Positions 9,079 through 19,739 of a DNA stretch of 39,736 bases are shown here, piece by piece. How positions within the stretch are numbered: position 1 is the stretch's first letter; the number at the start of each line of letters is the position of its first letter. The notes under the pieces are model-generated. The model was not told the DNA's origin and searched no databases. It saw only the letters and a list, made by a program, of their open reading frames with translations. Origin of the DNA: an uncultured Eubacteriales bacterium (lineage in GTDB: Bacteria; Bacillota; Clostridia; Acetivibrionales; CAZANH01); contig CAZANH010000109.1 in assembly GCA_964486515.1 (NCBI GenBank), positions 1 to 39,736 on the forward strand, in the 5' to 3' direction. A program made the translations under genes and the position numbers.

Positions 9079-10158
9079 GTGTTTAATACAATGAAAGTTA
9101 TGAAAAAAGCCAAAACTTTTAAAATAGCTGCTGTATATATTGGTACAGTAGTTGGAGCCGGATTTGCATCGGGACAGGAAATACTTCAGTTTTTTAATGT
9201 TTATGGAATCGGTGGATTGTTTGGAGTAATTTTAGCTACAATATTCTTTGTAGTATTTGGTTATATTATTATGGAATTAGGTTTTAAACTGAATTCAAGA
9301 TCTCATTCCGAGATTATCAGATATACGAGTGGCAGATATATAGGTGGTATTATTGATCTGATTATTTCTTTTTTCCTTTTTGGTGCACTTACGGCAATGA
9401 TTGCCGGTTCAGGCGCATTATTTAATCAACAGTTTGGCATATCATCAATATGGGGAAATATAATTATGGTACTGCTTACAACAATTACTGTACTGACCGG
9501 TTTAAAAGGGGTAACAAATTCAATAAGTGCAATAGTACCATTCCTGTTAATTTCGGTTATAGGAGTAGGAATTGGTTCCATGTTTCTGGTTCCACCTGAT
9601 GTTAATAATATTACAATAGCGGCATCAGGAAAATTATCCATGGACAATTGGCTTTGGTCAGCAGTTTTGTATGTTTCATATAATATAATACTTGCATCTG
9701 CAATACTTGGTCCGCTTGGTTCAAATGCAGAAAACAAGAAAGTAATAAGAAATGGAGCAATAGCGGGAGGAGTTGGACTTGGAACAGGTGCTGGAATAAT
9801 ATATTTTGCTATGTCGGGAAATACGCAAAAACTAATAAATTTTGAAATTCCTATGCTCTATATAGCAGGCAGGATATCATTAGTAGTGCAAATAATATAT
9901 GGAGTGGTATTAATTGCTGAAGTTTACTCAACAGCAGTAGGTAGTATGTTTGGGTTTGTTGCAAGAGTAACTGATAAAGAATCACATAAAACTCCGTATA
10001 TAATAATAGTATGTGCTATTCTTGCATTTATGGCAAGCAGATTTGGTTTCTCCAATATAGTAAAATATGTATACCCAGCCGTAGGGTATGGTGGGCTTAT
10101 ATTCCTTGCAAGTCTGATATATTACAAATATAAAAACTATTGGAAAGGATATGAATAA
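9079..10158 (+). CDS. YkvI-family membrane protein (start may be ATG at 9091)
   Basis: YIGTVVGAGFASGQEILQFF signature; about 10 TM helices. Confidence 0.85.
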   Translation: MFNTMKVMKKAKTFKIAAVYIGTVVGAGFASGQEILQFFNVYGIGGLFGVILATIFFVVFGYIIMELGFKLNSRSHSEIIRYTSGRYIGGIIDLIISFFLFGALTAMIAGSGALFNQQFGISSIWGNIIMVLLTTITVLTGLKGVTNSISAIVPFLLISVIGVGIGSMFLVPPDVNNITIAASGKLSMDNWLWSAVLYVSYNIILASAILGPLGSNAENKKVIRNGAIAGGVGLGTGAGIIYFAMSGNTQKLINFEIPMLYIAGRISLVVQIIYGVVLIAEVYSTAVGSMFGFVARVTDKESHKTPYIIIVCAILAFMASRFGFSNIVKYVYPAVGYGGLIFLASLIYYKYKNYWKGYE

Positions 10159-10310
10159 TTTTTACTGGCGTAGTCTTTAAGAAATTTCAGCTTTAATTCT
10201 ATATTCTTTAAATAGGTTTTATAGGAAATCTTTCCTTCAGAGTATAGTATATAAAGCTTGTAAAGCATTGCCATTGAATATTCCGCAAGCTTTTTATCAC
10301 TAATACCCAT
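10137..10310 (-). CDS. Small hypothetical protein (57 aa)
   Basis: MGISDKKLAEYSMAMLYKLY...; RBS-like GCAGGTG before the ATG at 10310. Confidence 0.45.
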   Translation of the reverse strand: MGISDKKLAEYSMAMLYKLYILYSEGKISYKTYLKNIELKLKFLKDYASKNYSYPFQ

Positions 10311-10510
10311 ACACAACACCTGCCAAAAAATTAGAATATACATATACTATCATTGTGATTGTCAAATGTCAATAATGAATTTTTTGTTTGCATGTTGAAC
10401 TTGCAAATTTAAAATAAGAGATTTATAATAATGTTTATGCGAAATTTATAAATATTTTATGAATTTAAGATATTGGATTTATACATTTAAGAATATTTGT
10501 GAGGTTAAAA

Positions 10511-10717
10511 ATGGCAAAGGTAATTTTTAATGAGGATGAATGTAAGGGATGCAGGCTTTGTACGTCAGTGTGCCCGAAAGATATTGTAATTATGAAAACA
10601 GACAGGTTCAACAGCAAGGGATATCATCCTGCAGGTGTTAACGAAATGGAAAAATGCATAGGCTGTGGATTTTGTGCGATGATATGTCCTGATTGTGTGA
10701 TTACGGTGGAGAAGTGA
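10511..10717 (+). CDS. 2[4Fe-4S] ferredoxin-type delta subunit of 2-oxoacid:ferredoxin oxidoreductase
   Basis: Two CxxCxxCxxxCP motifs; RBS GAGG before the ATG at 10511. Confidence 0.92.
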   Translation: MAKVIFNEDECKGCRLCTSVCPKDIVIMKTDRFNSKGYHPAGVNEMEKCIGCGFCAMICPDCVITVEK

Positions 10718-10747
10718 TTGCAATATATTTCAAGGAGGGTTTTGTAA

Positions 10748-11812
10748 ATGGCTGAAAAGCTTTTAATGAAGGGGAATGAAGTAATTGCTGAGGCTGCAAT
10801 AAGAGCAGGATGCAGATATTTTTTCGGATATCCGATTACGCCGCAGACTGAAGTAGCTCACTATTTTGCAAAAAGGATGCCGGAAGTAAACGGTACATTC
10901 TTACAGGGAGAAAGTGAAATTGCATCGATAAATATGGTATATGGAGCAGCAGGAGCAGGTGCAAGGGTTATGACTTCCTCGTCAAGCCCGGGTATAAGCC
11001 TGAAGCAGGAAGGTATATCATATATGTCATGTGCAAGGCTTCCTGCTGTTGTTGTAAATATTATGCGCTGCGGTCCTGGGCTTGGAGGCATACTTGCTGC
11101 GCAGGGTGACTATTTTCAGGCTGTAAAGGGAGGCGGTCATGGAGATTACAGAATGGTCGTCTTTGCACCCAACAGTATCCAGGAGTTATATGAGTTAACT
11201 GTTGAAGCATTTAATATTGCGGATCGATACAGGGTTGTATCAATGATTCTCGGAGATGCTATGCTTGGTCAGATGATGGAACCAGTTGAATTCAGGGATA
11301 AGGAAAATATAATTGATTATGATAAGAGCTGGGCTACTACGGGAACAGGACTTAAAAGGGAACACAACATAATAGAATCCATAAATACTGATCCTAAAAT
11401 TCTTGAAATGCGCAATTTTCAATTACAGGAAATTTACAGAGAAATAACAAAAAATGAGACCAGAGTGGATGTTTTCAATTGCGAAAAAGCTGATATAATA
11501 ATATCAGCTTTTGGTACAGTTGCGAGAATAATTAAAAATGTAATAAAAATGGGAGAAAAGGAAGGAATAAAAATTGGGCTTATACGCCCGATTACTCTTT
11601 GGCCGTTTCCAACAAAAACATTCGAAAAATATGCTGATGTTCCAAAGGCTTTTCTGAGTGTTGAATTAAATGCAGGCCAGATGGTAGAAGATGTAAAGCT
11701 TGCTGTCAAAGGTAAGAAAGAGGTTTTCTTCCATGGCAGAATGGGTGGAATGCTGCCCACGCAAAAGGAGATACTTGATAAAGTTAAGGAAATATTAAAC
11801 GACAAAAGATAA
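10748..11812 (+). CDS. vorB: 2-oxoacid:ferredoxin oxidoreductase alpha subunit (VorB-like)
   Basis: KGNEVIAEAAI, FFGYPITPQTE, TSSSSPGISLKQE. Confidence 0.9.
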   Translation: MAEKLLMKGNEVIAEAAIRAGCRYFFGYPITPQTEVAHYFAKRMPEVNGTFLQGESEIASINMVYGAAGAGARVMTSSSSPGISLKQEGISYMSCARLPAVVVNIMRCGPGLGGILAAQGDYFQAVKGGGHGDYRMVVFAPNSIQELYELTVEAFNIADRYRVVSMILGDAMLGQMMEPVEFRDKENIIDYDKSWATTGTGLKREHNIIESINTDPKILEMRNFQLQEIYREITKNETRVDVFNCEKADIIISAFGTVARIIKNVIKMGEKEGIKIGLIRPITLWPFPTKTFEKYADVPKAFLSVELNAGQMVEDVKLAVKGKKEVFFHGRMGGMLPTQKEILDKVKEILNDKR

Positions 11813-11831
11813 TAGAAAGGGGAGTTTTGTA

Positions 11832-12578
11832 ATGGCCGTAGTTTTTAAGAAACCACATGCATTAACCGATTTATCAATGCATTATTGCCCAGGGTGTACA
11901 CATGGTATAGTTCACAGGATGGTTGCCGAAGTAATGGATGAACTTGATATAGAAGGAAATACAATTGGTGTTTCATCGGTAGGTTGTTCATATAACAATT
12001 ACCTTTATTTTAACTGTGACATGCAGCAGGCTGCACATGGAAGGGCACCGGCTGTTGCAACGGGGATTAAAAGGGTTCATCCAAACAATGTTGTATTTAC
12101 GTACCAGGGTGATGGTGACCTTGCTGCTATAGGTACAGCAGAAATTGTACATGCAGCTGCAAGAGGTGAAAAAATAACAACCATATTTATAAATAATACG
12201 GTTTACGGTATGACATCAGGCCAAATGGCTCCCACTACTATTTTAAATCAGGTTACCACAACATCACCATATGGTAGAAAAGCTGAAATACATGGTTTCC
12301 CAATAAAGATATGTGAACTTTTAACATCGCTTGAAGGAGCTGTTTTTATAGAAAGGGTATCAACTCACGATATTAAGAATTTAAAGAATACAAAAAAGGC
12401 GATTAAAAAGGCTTTTGAAATACAAATTGCAGGGCTTGGGTTTTCAATAGTTGAGGTTTTATCCACCTGTCCTACAAATTGGGGATTAAGCCCGATTGAG
12501 TCACTCAACCGTGTAAGGGATGAGATGGTACCGGTTTTCCCACTGGGAAATTTTAAAGGCAAGGATATTGTTATTTAA
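11832..12578 (+). CDS. 2-oxoacid:ferredoxin oxidoreductase beta (TPP-binding) subunit
   Basis: HYCPGCTHG, GDGDLAAIG...NN TPP motif, STCPTNW. Confidence 0.92.
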   Translation: MAVVFKKPHALTDLSMHYCPGCTHGIVHRMVAEVMDELDIEGNTIGVSSVGCSYNNYLYFNCDMQQAAHGRAPAVATGIKRVHPNNVVFTYQGDGDLAAIGTAEIVHAAARGEKITTIFINNTVYGMTSGQMAPTTILNQVTTTSPYGRKAEIHGFPIKICELLTSLEGAVFIERVSTHDIKNLKNTKKAIKKAFEIQIAGLGFSIVEVLSTCPTNWGLSPIESLNRVRDEMVPVFPLGNFKGKDIVI

Positions 12579-12635
12579 GAAGTCGTAATGAATACCAGTA
12601 TTAGAGTATAATATGTAAAAAACGGAGGATATAAT

Positions 12636-13184
12636 ATGTTGCATGAGGAAATAATAATAGCCGGATTCGGTGGCCAGGGTATTCTTTCTGCAGGTAGGCT
12701 TCTGGCTAATGCGGGAATACTTGAAAATAAGAATGTATCATGGCTTCCTTCATATGGGGCTGAGATGAGAGGAGGAACTGCAAACGTTCATGTTATTATT
12801 TCTGATGAAGATATAGGCTCTCCCATTCTGAATACGGCAACCTCATTGATTGTTATGAATACACCTTCTCTTGATAAGTTTGAAAGCGTGGTTGCAGATG
12901 GGGGTATTATTATTGCAGACAGTTCTCTGGTTAACAGGAAGCCTTCAAGAACAGATGTCGGTATCCACATGATACCTGCTACACGAATGGCTTCGGATAT
13001 GGGTAATGTAACTTATGCAATTATAGCGCTTATAGGAAAATTTATAGGTGTTACGGGTGCTGTAAAAAAATACAGTATAAAAGAATCCTTTTATAAAGTA
13101 CTGCCCTCCAAATATCATCACATGATACCCAAAGAAATAAAGATGTTGGAACTGGGTATGAATATTTCATCCAATGACCCCTAA
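12636..13184 (+). CDS. 2-oxoacid:ferredoxin oxidoreductase gamma subunit
   Basis: AGFGGQG, PSYGAEMRGGTA. Confidence 0.92.
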   Translation: MLHEEIIIAGFGGQGILSAGRLLANAGILENKNVSWLPSYGAEMRGGTANVHVIISDEDIGSPILNTATSLIVMNTPSLDKFESVVADGGIIIADSSLVNRKPSRTDVGIHMIPATRMASDMGNVTYAIIALIGKFIGVTGAVKKYSIKESFYKVLPSKYHHMIPKEIKMLELGMNISSNDP

Positions 13185-13205
13185 CTATTGATATGCTGAA
13201 AAATC

Positions 13206-13895
13206 TCAGGGGGTAGTGATTAAATCCTTGATAACTTCACCGGCAATTATAAGACCGGCAACTGAAGGAACAAATGAAACACTGCCGTTTGATTCTAATC
13301 CCTTTGGTTTTATTGGTTTTTCTCTTGAATAAACCACTTTTAATTTTTCTACTCCTTGTTTTTTTAGTTCTCTTCGCATGGCTTTTGCAAGAGGGCAAAC
13401 AGAAGTAGAATATATATCAGCCACCTCGAACATTGTAGCATCAAGCTTGTTGCAGGTTCCCATAGAACTTATAACAGGTATTCCCATTTTTATGGCATTG
13501 ACTATAAGGCCTGTTTTTGAAGTAACAGTATCTATTGCATCAACAATATAATCATAATCATTCTTGATTAAATGGAATGAATTTTCAGCTGTATAGAATT
13601 CCCGATATTTTTCAACAAAAGCTTTCGGATTGATTTCAAGTATTCTTTTTTCCATAATGTCAACTTTAGGCATACCGATATTATTTGTTAGTGAATGAAG
13701 TTGCCTGTTTATATTTGTAATGGATATCAAATCATTGTCGACAAGGACTATTTTACCTGTGCCTGAGCGTACAAGCCCTTCAACAACAAAAGATCCTACT
13801 CCACCTATTCCAAAAACGGCAACCTTGCTTTTTGCCAATTTTTTTAATGCCTTTTTGCCGATTAAAGATTCAATTCTTGAAAATTCGTGCAGCAT
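13206..13895 (-). CDS. tcdA: tRNA threonylcarbamoyladenosine dehydratase (ThiF family)
   Basis: GIGGVGS, NINRQ, DAID, DIYSTSVCPLAK, GSVSFVPSVAG. Confidence 0.88.
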   Translation of the reverse strand: MLHEFSRIESLIGKKALKKLAKSKVAVFGIGGVGSFVVEGLVRSGTGKIVLVDNDLISITNINRQLHSLTNNIGMPKVDIMEKRILEINPKAFVEKYREFYTAENSFHLIKNDYDYIVDAIDTVTSKTGLIVNAIKMGIPVISSMGTCNKLDATMFEVADIYSTSVCPLAKAMRRELKKQGVEKLKVVYSREKPIKPKGLESNGSVSFVPSVAGLIIAGEVIKDLITTP

Positions 13896-13939
13896 AATAT
13901 TCCTCCTATATCACTATTTATTATAATATAGCTGTCATT

Positions 13940-14110
13940 TATTTTCAAACGCCAGGTCTGATACCACTGGCTTTAGCCAGTAAGGCTTTAGCGTTTTGAA
14001 AATAATTCGCCTTTAAAAAGGCAGGTATTAGAAAGAGGTAGAAATATTCAACTACCTGCCACTGAAGTGGCAGGCTTGTACTACGCCTGTTTTTACTGCA
14101 GGCGTAGTTA
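13940..14110. repeat. Palindromic elements resembling IS200/IS605 end hairpins (PATE/MITE-like)
   Basis: ACTGGC-TTTA-GCCAGT inside an outer IR; TCAACTA-CCTGCCAC-TGAA-GTGGCAGG-CTTGT; ACTACGCCTG-N9-CAGGCGTAGT. Confidence 0.55.
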
Positions 14111-14121
14111 AGTGTATAGAA

Positions 14122-15360
14122 CTATATTGCCTCCAGCTCATTTATTGGATTTTTAATTTTATCTGGGATTATGAAAACTATTGTTACAAGAATGCAAAGC
14201 AAGGCTGTTACAGCCGGAACATAAAATATTGCGGAATCTGCTTTCATAAGTATTGCTGCAGTGGGAGGCCCGGAAGCAACTCCAAGCATGCGGGCACTGC
14301 TGTAAAGAGAGGTTATTGTACCGCGATGCTCTTTTTCTATTCCCTCGGTAATAAGGGAATCAGCAGCGGGCAGAACTGCTCCAATACCGACAGCGGCTAT
14401 GGAAATAAAAATAATTAGGGAAATCAAACTTTCCACCGGTATAAGTGCAAACAATCCAGAGGAAGCAATAATAAAGCCTGATATTATAAAAATACGCATA
14501 AGTTTCATATTTCTCCCAATAATTTTTCCTATAACAAAGGAGGTTGCGCATAGACCAAGCAACGGGACTGCAATTAATAATCCCCTGCTTATTGAGTGTA
14601 TATTAAAAGTATCTTCCAGTGTCGAAGAAAGATAAAAGAGAAAATTGAAATATATGAACATTGAAACAAATCCAACAAAGAATACTGTATAAAGCCATTT
14701 GCCTTTTTGTTTGAGAATAAGCCTTATATTATTAAAAAAATCAATAAAACTTTTTCTGTTTTCATCATCTGGTATCTTTGGAATATTAACATATATTAAA
14801 ACAAGGATGATAGATATAAATGAGAAAACCGGTATGAACAAGAATGGTATAAACCACAATACTGCAGCAAGTAAGGCTCCCAGTACAGGACTTAGGAGCT
14901 TGCCTGCCGTATTTGAGGTCTCAATGATGCCAAGTCCTCTGCTAATGTCACTTTCCTTACTAAACATATCACCAATAGTAGGAATTACAACAGGAAAGGC
15001 ACCGGCTGAACCAAGGCCCTGTATGAACCTGCCGGCAAGAATAAAATAAAACGGGGTTTCAAGCAGCCAGGAAACGATGAATGATATAAAACCTCCTATA
15101 CCGGCAATTGCCAACCCAGGAACAATTATTTTCTTTCGCCCTAAACGATCTGAAAGGTAACCTGCAACAGGTATGAAAAAAATTGAAACAATAGAGTAAA
15201 CACTTATAATCATACTGGATTGCAAGGAACTTATGCCCGTTTCTTTTTCAATTGTCGGAAGTACGGGTACCAGCATTGAATTACCAAGTGTCATCATCAG
15301 AGGTACGGATGCTAGTGCTATCAAATCCCTGAATTTCCCTTTTTCCATTATACACCTCAT
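14122..15360 (-). CDS. MFS transporter
   Basis: GYLSDRLGRKK motif A, GRFIQGLG; about 12 TM helices. Confidence 0.92.
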   Translation of the reverse strand: MRCIMEKGKFRDLIALASVPLMMTLGNSMLVPVLPTIEKETGISSLQSSMIISVYSIVSIFFIPVAGYLSDRLGRKKIIVPGLAIAGIGGFISFIVSWLLETPFYFILAGRFIQGLGSAGAFPVVIPTIGDMFSKESDISRGLGIIETSNTAGKLLSPVLGALLAAVLWFIPFLFIPVFSFISIILVLIYVNIPKIPDDENRKSFIDFFNNIRLILKQKGKWLYTVFFVGFVSMFIYFNFLFYLSSTLEDTFNIHSISRGLLIAVPLLGLCATSFVIGKIIGRNMKLMRIFIISGFIIASSGLFALIPVESLISLIIFISIAAVGIGAVLPAADSLITEGIEKEHRGTITSLYSSARMLGVASGPPTAAILMKADSAIFYVPAVTALLCILVTIVFIIPDKIKNPINELEAI

Positions 15361-15562
15361 TTCTTCTTTTCTTGTAATAGTATTACTTAAACATTGTATT
15401 TCTAATCACAAACAAGGGGACAGATATCGTGTTTGCGATAACTCAAAAAAAGATTGACATTGGAAAGGAGGTCTTGATAAACTAAAGAAAATGCAAAACA
15501 GTGTGGAGCAAAAAAAAAATGAAAATGGTTAAAATGTATAAATTGGAAGGTAGATGTGACTT

Positions 15563-17788
15563 ATGATTAAGCTGGTTAAATATTTAAAACCTTATACAAT
15601 GATGATTATAAGTGCAATAATTCTGCTGTTTACAGCAGCAATGTGCAATCTTGCACTTCCGGATTACATGTCTGATATTGTAAATAAGGGAATACAACAG
15701 GGGGGAATTGTCAGTGCAGTACCTGAAGCAATCAGGCAAAGCAAAATGGATAAACTCGTACTGTTTATGAATGATAAGGACAGGAAAGAAGTATTAAACA
15801 GTTATATACTGATTGATAAATCAAATGTTGATTTCGACAATCATATTAAGGATTATCCCAACTTGGAAAAAGAACCGGTATATGTATTAAGTGATACAGG
15901 CAAATCAAAGATTGAACTTTTAAATCCAGTAACAGGAAAAGCTTTTCTGATAACGGAAGGTATTGAAAAAATGGCAGATGAGGATGAGAATGGTATTATT
16001 ACATTCAATGGAATGAATATTCCTGCAGATACCGATATATTTGAATTATTTTCAAAACTGCCACAGGAACAGCGTATGCAGATGCTTGAATCCATAGATG
16101 AAAAATTCAGTGCCATGGATAATAGTATGATTGTACAGTCTTCTGTAGCCTGTATCAAGAATGAATATAAGGAAATTGGTATAAATACAGATAAAATTCA
16201 AAACAGCTGCATAATAAATATTGGTATTATTATGCTTTTAATATCACTTGTTTCAGGAGCCTGCGAAATAACAGTGGGATTTTTGGCAGCTAAAACGGCA
16301 GCAGGAACTGCAAGGGATTTGAGAAGAAGTACTTTTATAAGAATTGAGAATTTCTCAGGTATGGAATTTGACAAATTTTCAACTGCCTCGCTTATAACGA
16401 GAACTACAAATGACATTACACAGATACAAATGTTGATTATTATTATGATAAGAATGGTTTTCTTTGCACCCATAATGGGTATTGGAGGTGTTATAAGGGC
16501 AACAGGTAAAAGTATTTCAATGTCCTGGATTATTGCTCTTGCGGTTTTGGTACTTCTTTGTTTGATACTTCTCGTATTCAGCATAGCAATGCCCAGATTC
16601 AAGCTGATGCAGAAACTTGTTGACAGGATAAACCTGGTTACAAGGGAAAACCTGTCGGGAATGATGGTAATCAGGGCATTTAATACGCAGAAGTTTGAGG
16701 AAGATCGTTTCGACAAAGCAAATATTCATCTTGCAAAGACTACTTTGTTTGTAAACCGTGTAATGGTGGTTATGATGCCTGCAATGATGCTTATTATGAA
16801 TGGTGTTACAATACTTATTGTATGGGTTGGGGCACATCATATTGCAGCTTCAAGTATGCAGGTAGGAGATATGATGGCATTCATGCAGTATACAATGCAG
16901 ATTATTTTCTCATTTCTTATGCTGTCTATGATGTTCATTATGTTACCGAGGGCTTCGGTATCAGCACAGCGTATTTCAGAAGTATTGGAAACAGAACCTG
17001 AAATAGTTGATATTGAAAACCCTGTCAGTTTTAATAAAAAGGTTAAAGGGATTGTTGAATTTAAAAATGTATTCTTCAGGTATCACGGTGCAGAAAAAGA
17101 TTTATTGAAGGATATAAGTTTCAAAGCACTACCGGGGCATACAACGGCGATTATCGGCACGACAGGTTCAGGAAAATCAACGCTTGTTAACCTGATTCCG
17201 AGGTTTTATGATGTAACAGGAGGAAAGGTGCTTATTGACGGTATTGATATACGCAATATCAGGCAGCATGAACTCCGTGACATAATAGGATACATACCTC
17301 AAAAAGGTTCTTTGTTCAGTGGTACAATTGAGTCAAATCTGAAATATGCGGATGAAAATGCATCAAATGAAATTATAAGAGAATCGGCTGAAACTGCGCA
17401 GGCAATGGAATTTATAGACGAAATGCAGGAAGGGTTTCAAGCAGCAATTTCCCAGGGCGGAAGTAATGTATCAGGAGGACAGAAGCAAAGGCTTTCAATA
17501 GCGAGGGCACTAGTAAAGAAACCCAATATTTTCATATTTGACGACAGTTTTTCAGCTCTTGATTTCAGAACGGATGCAGCATTAAGAAAAGCTCTTAAAA
17601 AGCAGACAGGAGAAAGTACTGTTATTATTGTTGCACAGCGCATATCAACAATTATGGATGCAGAACAGATAATTGTCATTGATGAAGGAAGGATAGCCGG
17701 CAAGGGCAATCACAGGGAACTTATGGAGAGATGTAATGTTTACAGGGAGATTGCTTTATCACAGCTTTCAAAGGAGGAATTGGCATGA
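15563..17788 (+). CDS. Heterodimeric ABC exporter subunit (TMD+NBD, degenerate catalytic residues)
   Basis: GTTGSGKS, VSGGQKQR, IFDDSFSALD, VAQR. Confidence 0.95.
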   Translation: MIKLVKYLKPYTMMIISAIILLFTAAMCNLALPDYMSDIVNKGIQQGGIVSAVPEAIRQSKMDKLVLFMNDKDRKEVLNSYILIDKSNVDFDNHIKDYPNLEKEPVYVLSDTGKSKIELLNPVTGKAFLITEGIEKMADEDENGIITFNGMNIPADTDIFELFSKLPQEQRMQMLESIDEKFSAMDNSMIVQSSVACIKNEYKEIGINTDKIQNSCIINIGIIMLLISLVSGACEITVGFLAAKTAAGTARDLRRSTFIRIENFSGMEFDKFSTASLITRTTNDITQIQMLIIIMIRMVFFAPIMGIGGVIRATGKSISMSWIIALAVLVLLCLILLVFSIAMPRFKLMQKLVDRINLVTRENLSGMMVIRAFNTQKFEEDRFDKANIHLAKTTLFVNRVMVVMMPAMMLIMNGVTILIVWVGAHHIAASSMQVGDMMAFMQYTMQIIFSFLMLSMMFIMLPRASVSAQRISEVLETEPEIVDIENPVSFNKKVKGIVEFKNVFFRYHGAEKDLLKDISFKALPGHTTAIIGTTGSGKSTLVNLIPRFYDVTGGKVLIDGIDIRNIRQHELRDIIGYIPQKGSLFSGTIESNLKYADENASNEIIRESAETAQAMEFIDEMQEGFQAAISQGGSNVSGGQKQRLSIARALVKKPNIFIFDDSFSALDFRTDAALRKALKKQTGESTVIIVAQRISTIMDAEQIIVIDEGRIAGKGNHRELMERCNVYREIALSQLSKEELA

Positions 17789-19692
17789 GTGATTATAATG
17801 AAGGGAAAGGAAACAACTCCTACAAAGCTGATAGCGCGAAGTTCCGTCCTCCGGGAAGAGGCAGGGGAATCATGCACGGGCCTGGAGGAGCAATGCATGG
17901 CGAAAAGGCTAAAAATTTTAAAGATACAATGAAAAAGTTGATTAAACACTTAAGCAAATATAAAATACAGTTAATAGTTGTATTTTTGTTTGCTGCTGCC
18001 AGTGCTGTATTTACCATACTGGGGCCCAAAATACTTGGGAAGGCTGTTACAAGTTTGTTTGAAGGTTTAATGGCTGAAATAGCCGGCAGTGGGAACGGAA
18101 TTGACTTTGAGTATGTTGGCAGAATTCTTATGATACTGGTATTTTTGTATCTTGCCAGTTCCTTGTTTGCATACATACAAGGATGGATAATGTCAAAAGT
18201 TTCAATGAAAATAACATATAATTTTAGAAAGCAAATCTCTGAAAAAATTAACCGCATGCCGTTTAAGTATTTTGATAAAACAAATCATGGTGAAATTTTA
18301 TCACGTGTTACAAATGATGTTGATACTATAAATCAAACTTTGAACCAGAGCATCACGCAGATTATTATGTCGGTTACAACAATTGTAGGAGTATTGATTA
18401 TGATGTTAAGTATCAGTGCTTCGATGACACTTGTTATACTTTGTATACTGCCAATTTCTATGATTTTAATTACTACTATCGTAAAACGTTCACAGAAATA
18501 CTTTAAGCAGCAGCAGGTCTATCTTGGACATATAAACGGGCATGTGGAAGAAATGTATGGCGGACACGTTGTAATGAAGGCATTCAACGGAGAGAAAAAA
18601 AGTATTGAAAAATTTGATAGATACAACGCTACACTTTACAGTTCAGCATGGAAGTCACAGTTTTTATCAGGGATGATGATGCCTATTATGCAATTTGTAG
18701 GGAATCTGGGATATGTGGCAGTTTGTGTTATGGGTGGCTGGTTTGCTGCCAGGAGGGTTATAGCGGTAGGAGATATACAAGCGTTCATACAATATGTACG
18801 TTCATTTACACATCCCATTTCTCAGTTAGCAAACATAACCAACGTACTGCAACAGACAGCAGCATGTGCTGAACGTATATTTGAATTTCTCGAAGAAGAA
18901 GAGGAAATTTTGGAAACAACATCACCTGTCAGGATAGATAAGACTTCAGGAAGAGTGGAGTTTGAACATGTACATTTTGGATACAATCCTGATAAAATAA
19001 TTATCAAGGACTTTTCAGCATTTGTAAAACCGGGACAAAAGGTTGCAATAGTTGGTCCTACAGGCGCAGGAAAGACAACCATGGTTAAACTGTTGATGCG
19101 GTTTTATGATGTAAATGAAGGAGCTATTATGATAGATGGCCATAATATCAGGGAATTTACGCGTAATGGTCTGCGTTCAATGTTCGGCATGGTTTTGCAG
19201 GATACATGGCTTTATAATGTAAGTATTATTGAAAATATCCGTTACAGCCGTCTCGATGCAAGTGATGAGGAAGTAATAGCTGCTGCGAAGGCGGCACATG
19301 TCGACAGTTTTGTGCACACTCTTCCTGGTGGTTATAATATGATTTTGAACGAGGAGGTTTCAAATATATCAAATGGGCAGAAGCAGCTTATTACAATTGC
19401 AAGGGCGATACTTGCCAATCCCGATATGCTGATATTTGATGAAGCTACAAGTTCAGTGGATACACGTACTGAAATACGGATACAAAAGGCAATGGACAAT
19501 CTTATGAAGGGGCGTACAAGTTTTATTATAGCACACCGCCTTTCAACCATCCGTGATGCGGATATTATATTCGTCATGGACCATGGAGATATTGTGGAGC
19601 AGGGTAATCACAGGGAGCTTCTCGAAAAGGGCGGTTTTTATGCAGAACTTTACAACAGCCAGTTCGAAGGATTAAGAGTAAAGGTAGGATAG
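17785..19692 (+). CDS. Heterodimeric ABC exporter subunit (TMD+NBD)
   Basis: GPTGAGKT, ISNGQKQ, IFDEATSSVD, IAHR; 4-bp overlap with its partner. Confidence 0.95.
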   Translation: MSDYNEGKGNNSYKADSAKFRPPGRGRGIMHGPGGAMHGEKAKNFKDTMKKLIKHLSKYKIQLIVVFLFAAASAVFTILGPKILGKAVTSLFEGLMAEIAGSGNGIDFEYVGRILMILVFLYLASSLFAYIQGWIMSKVSMKITYNFRKQISEKINRMPFKYFDKTNHGEILSRVTNDVDTINQTLNQSITQIIMSVTTIVGVLIMMLSISASMTLVILCILPISMILITTIVKRSQKYFKQQQVYLGHINGHVEEMYGGHVVMKAFNGEKKSIEKFDRYNATLYSSAWKSQFLSGMMMPIMQFVGNLGYVAVCVMGGWFAARRVIAVGDIQAFIQYVRSFTHPISQLANITNVLQQTAACAERIFEFLEEEEEILETTSPVRIDKTSGRVEFEHVHFGYNPDKIIIKDFSAFVKPGQKVAIVGPTGAGKTTMVKLLMRFYDVNEGAIMIDGHNIREFTRNGLRSMFGMVLQDTWLYNVSIIENIRYSRLDASDEEVIAAAKAAHVDSFVHTLPGGYNMILNEEVSNISNGQKQLITIARAILANPDMLIFDEATSSVDTRTEIRIQKAMDNLMKGRTSFIIAHRLSTIRDADIIFVMDHGDIVEQGNHRELLEKGGFYAELYNSQFEGLRVKVG

Positions 19693-19739
19693 TTCCTGAA
19701 AAAAAACTTATTTGCAACTGGCATAATTGCCGTAACAAG

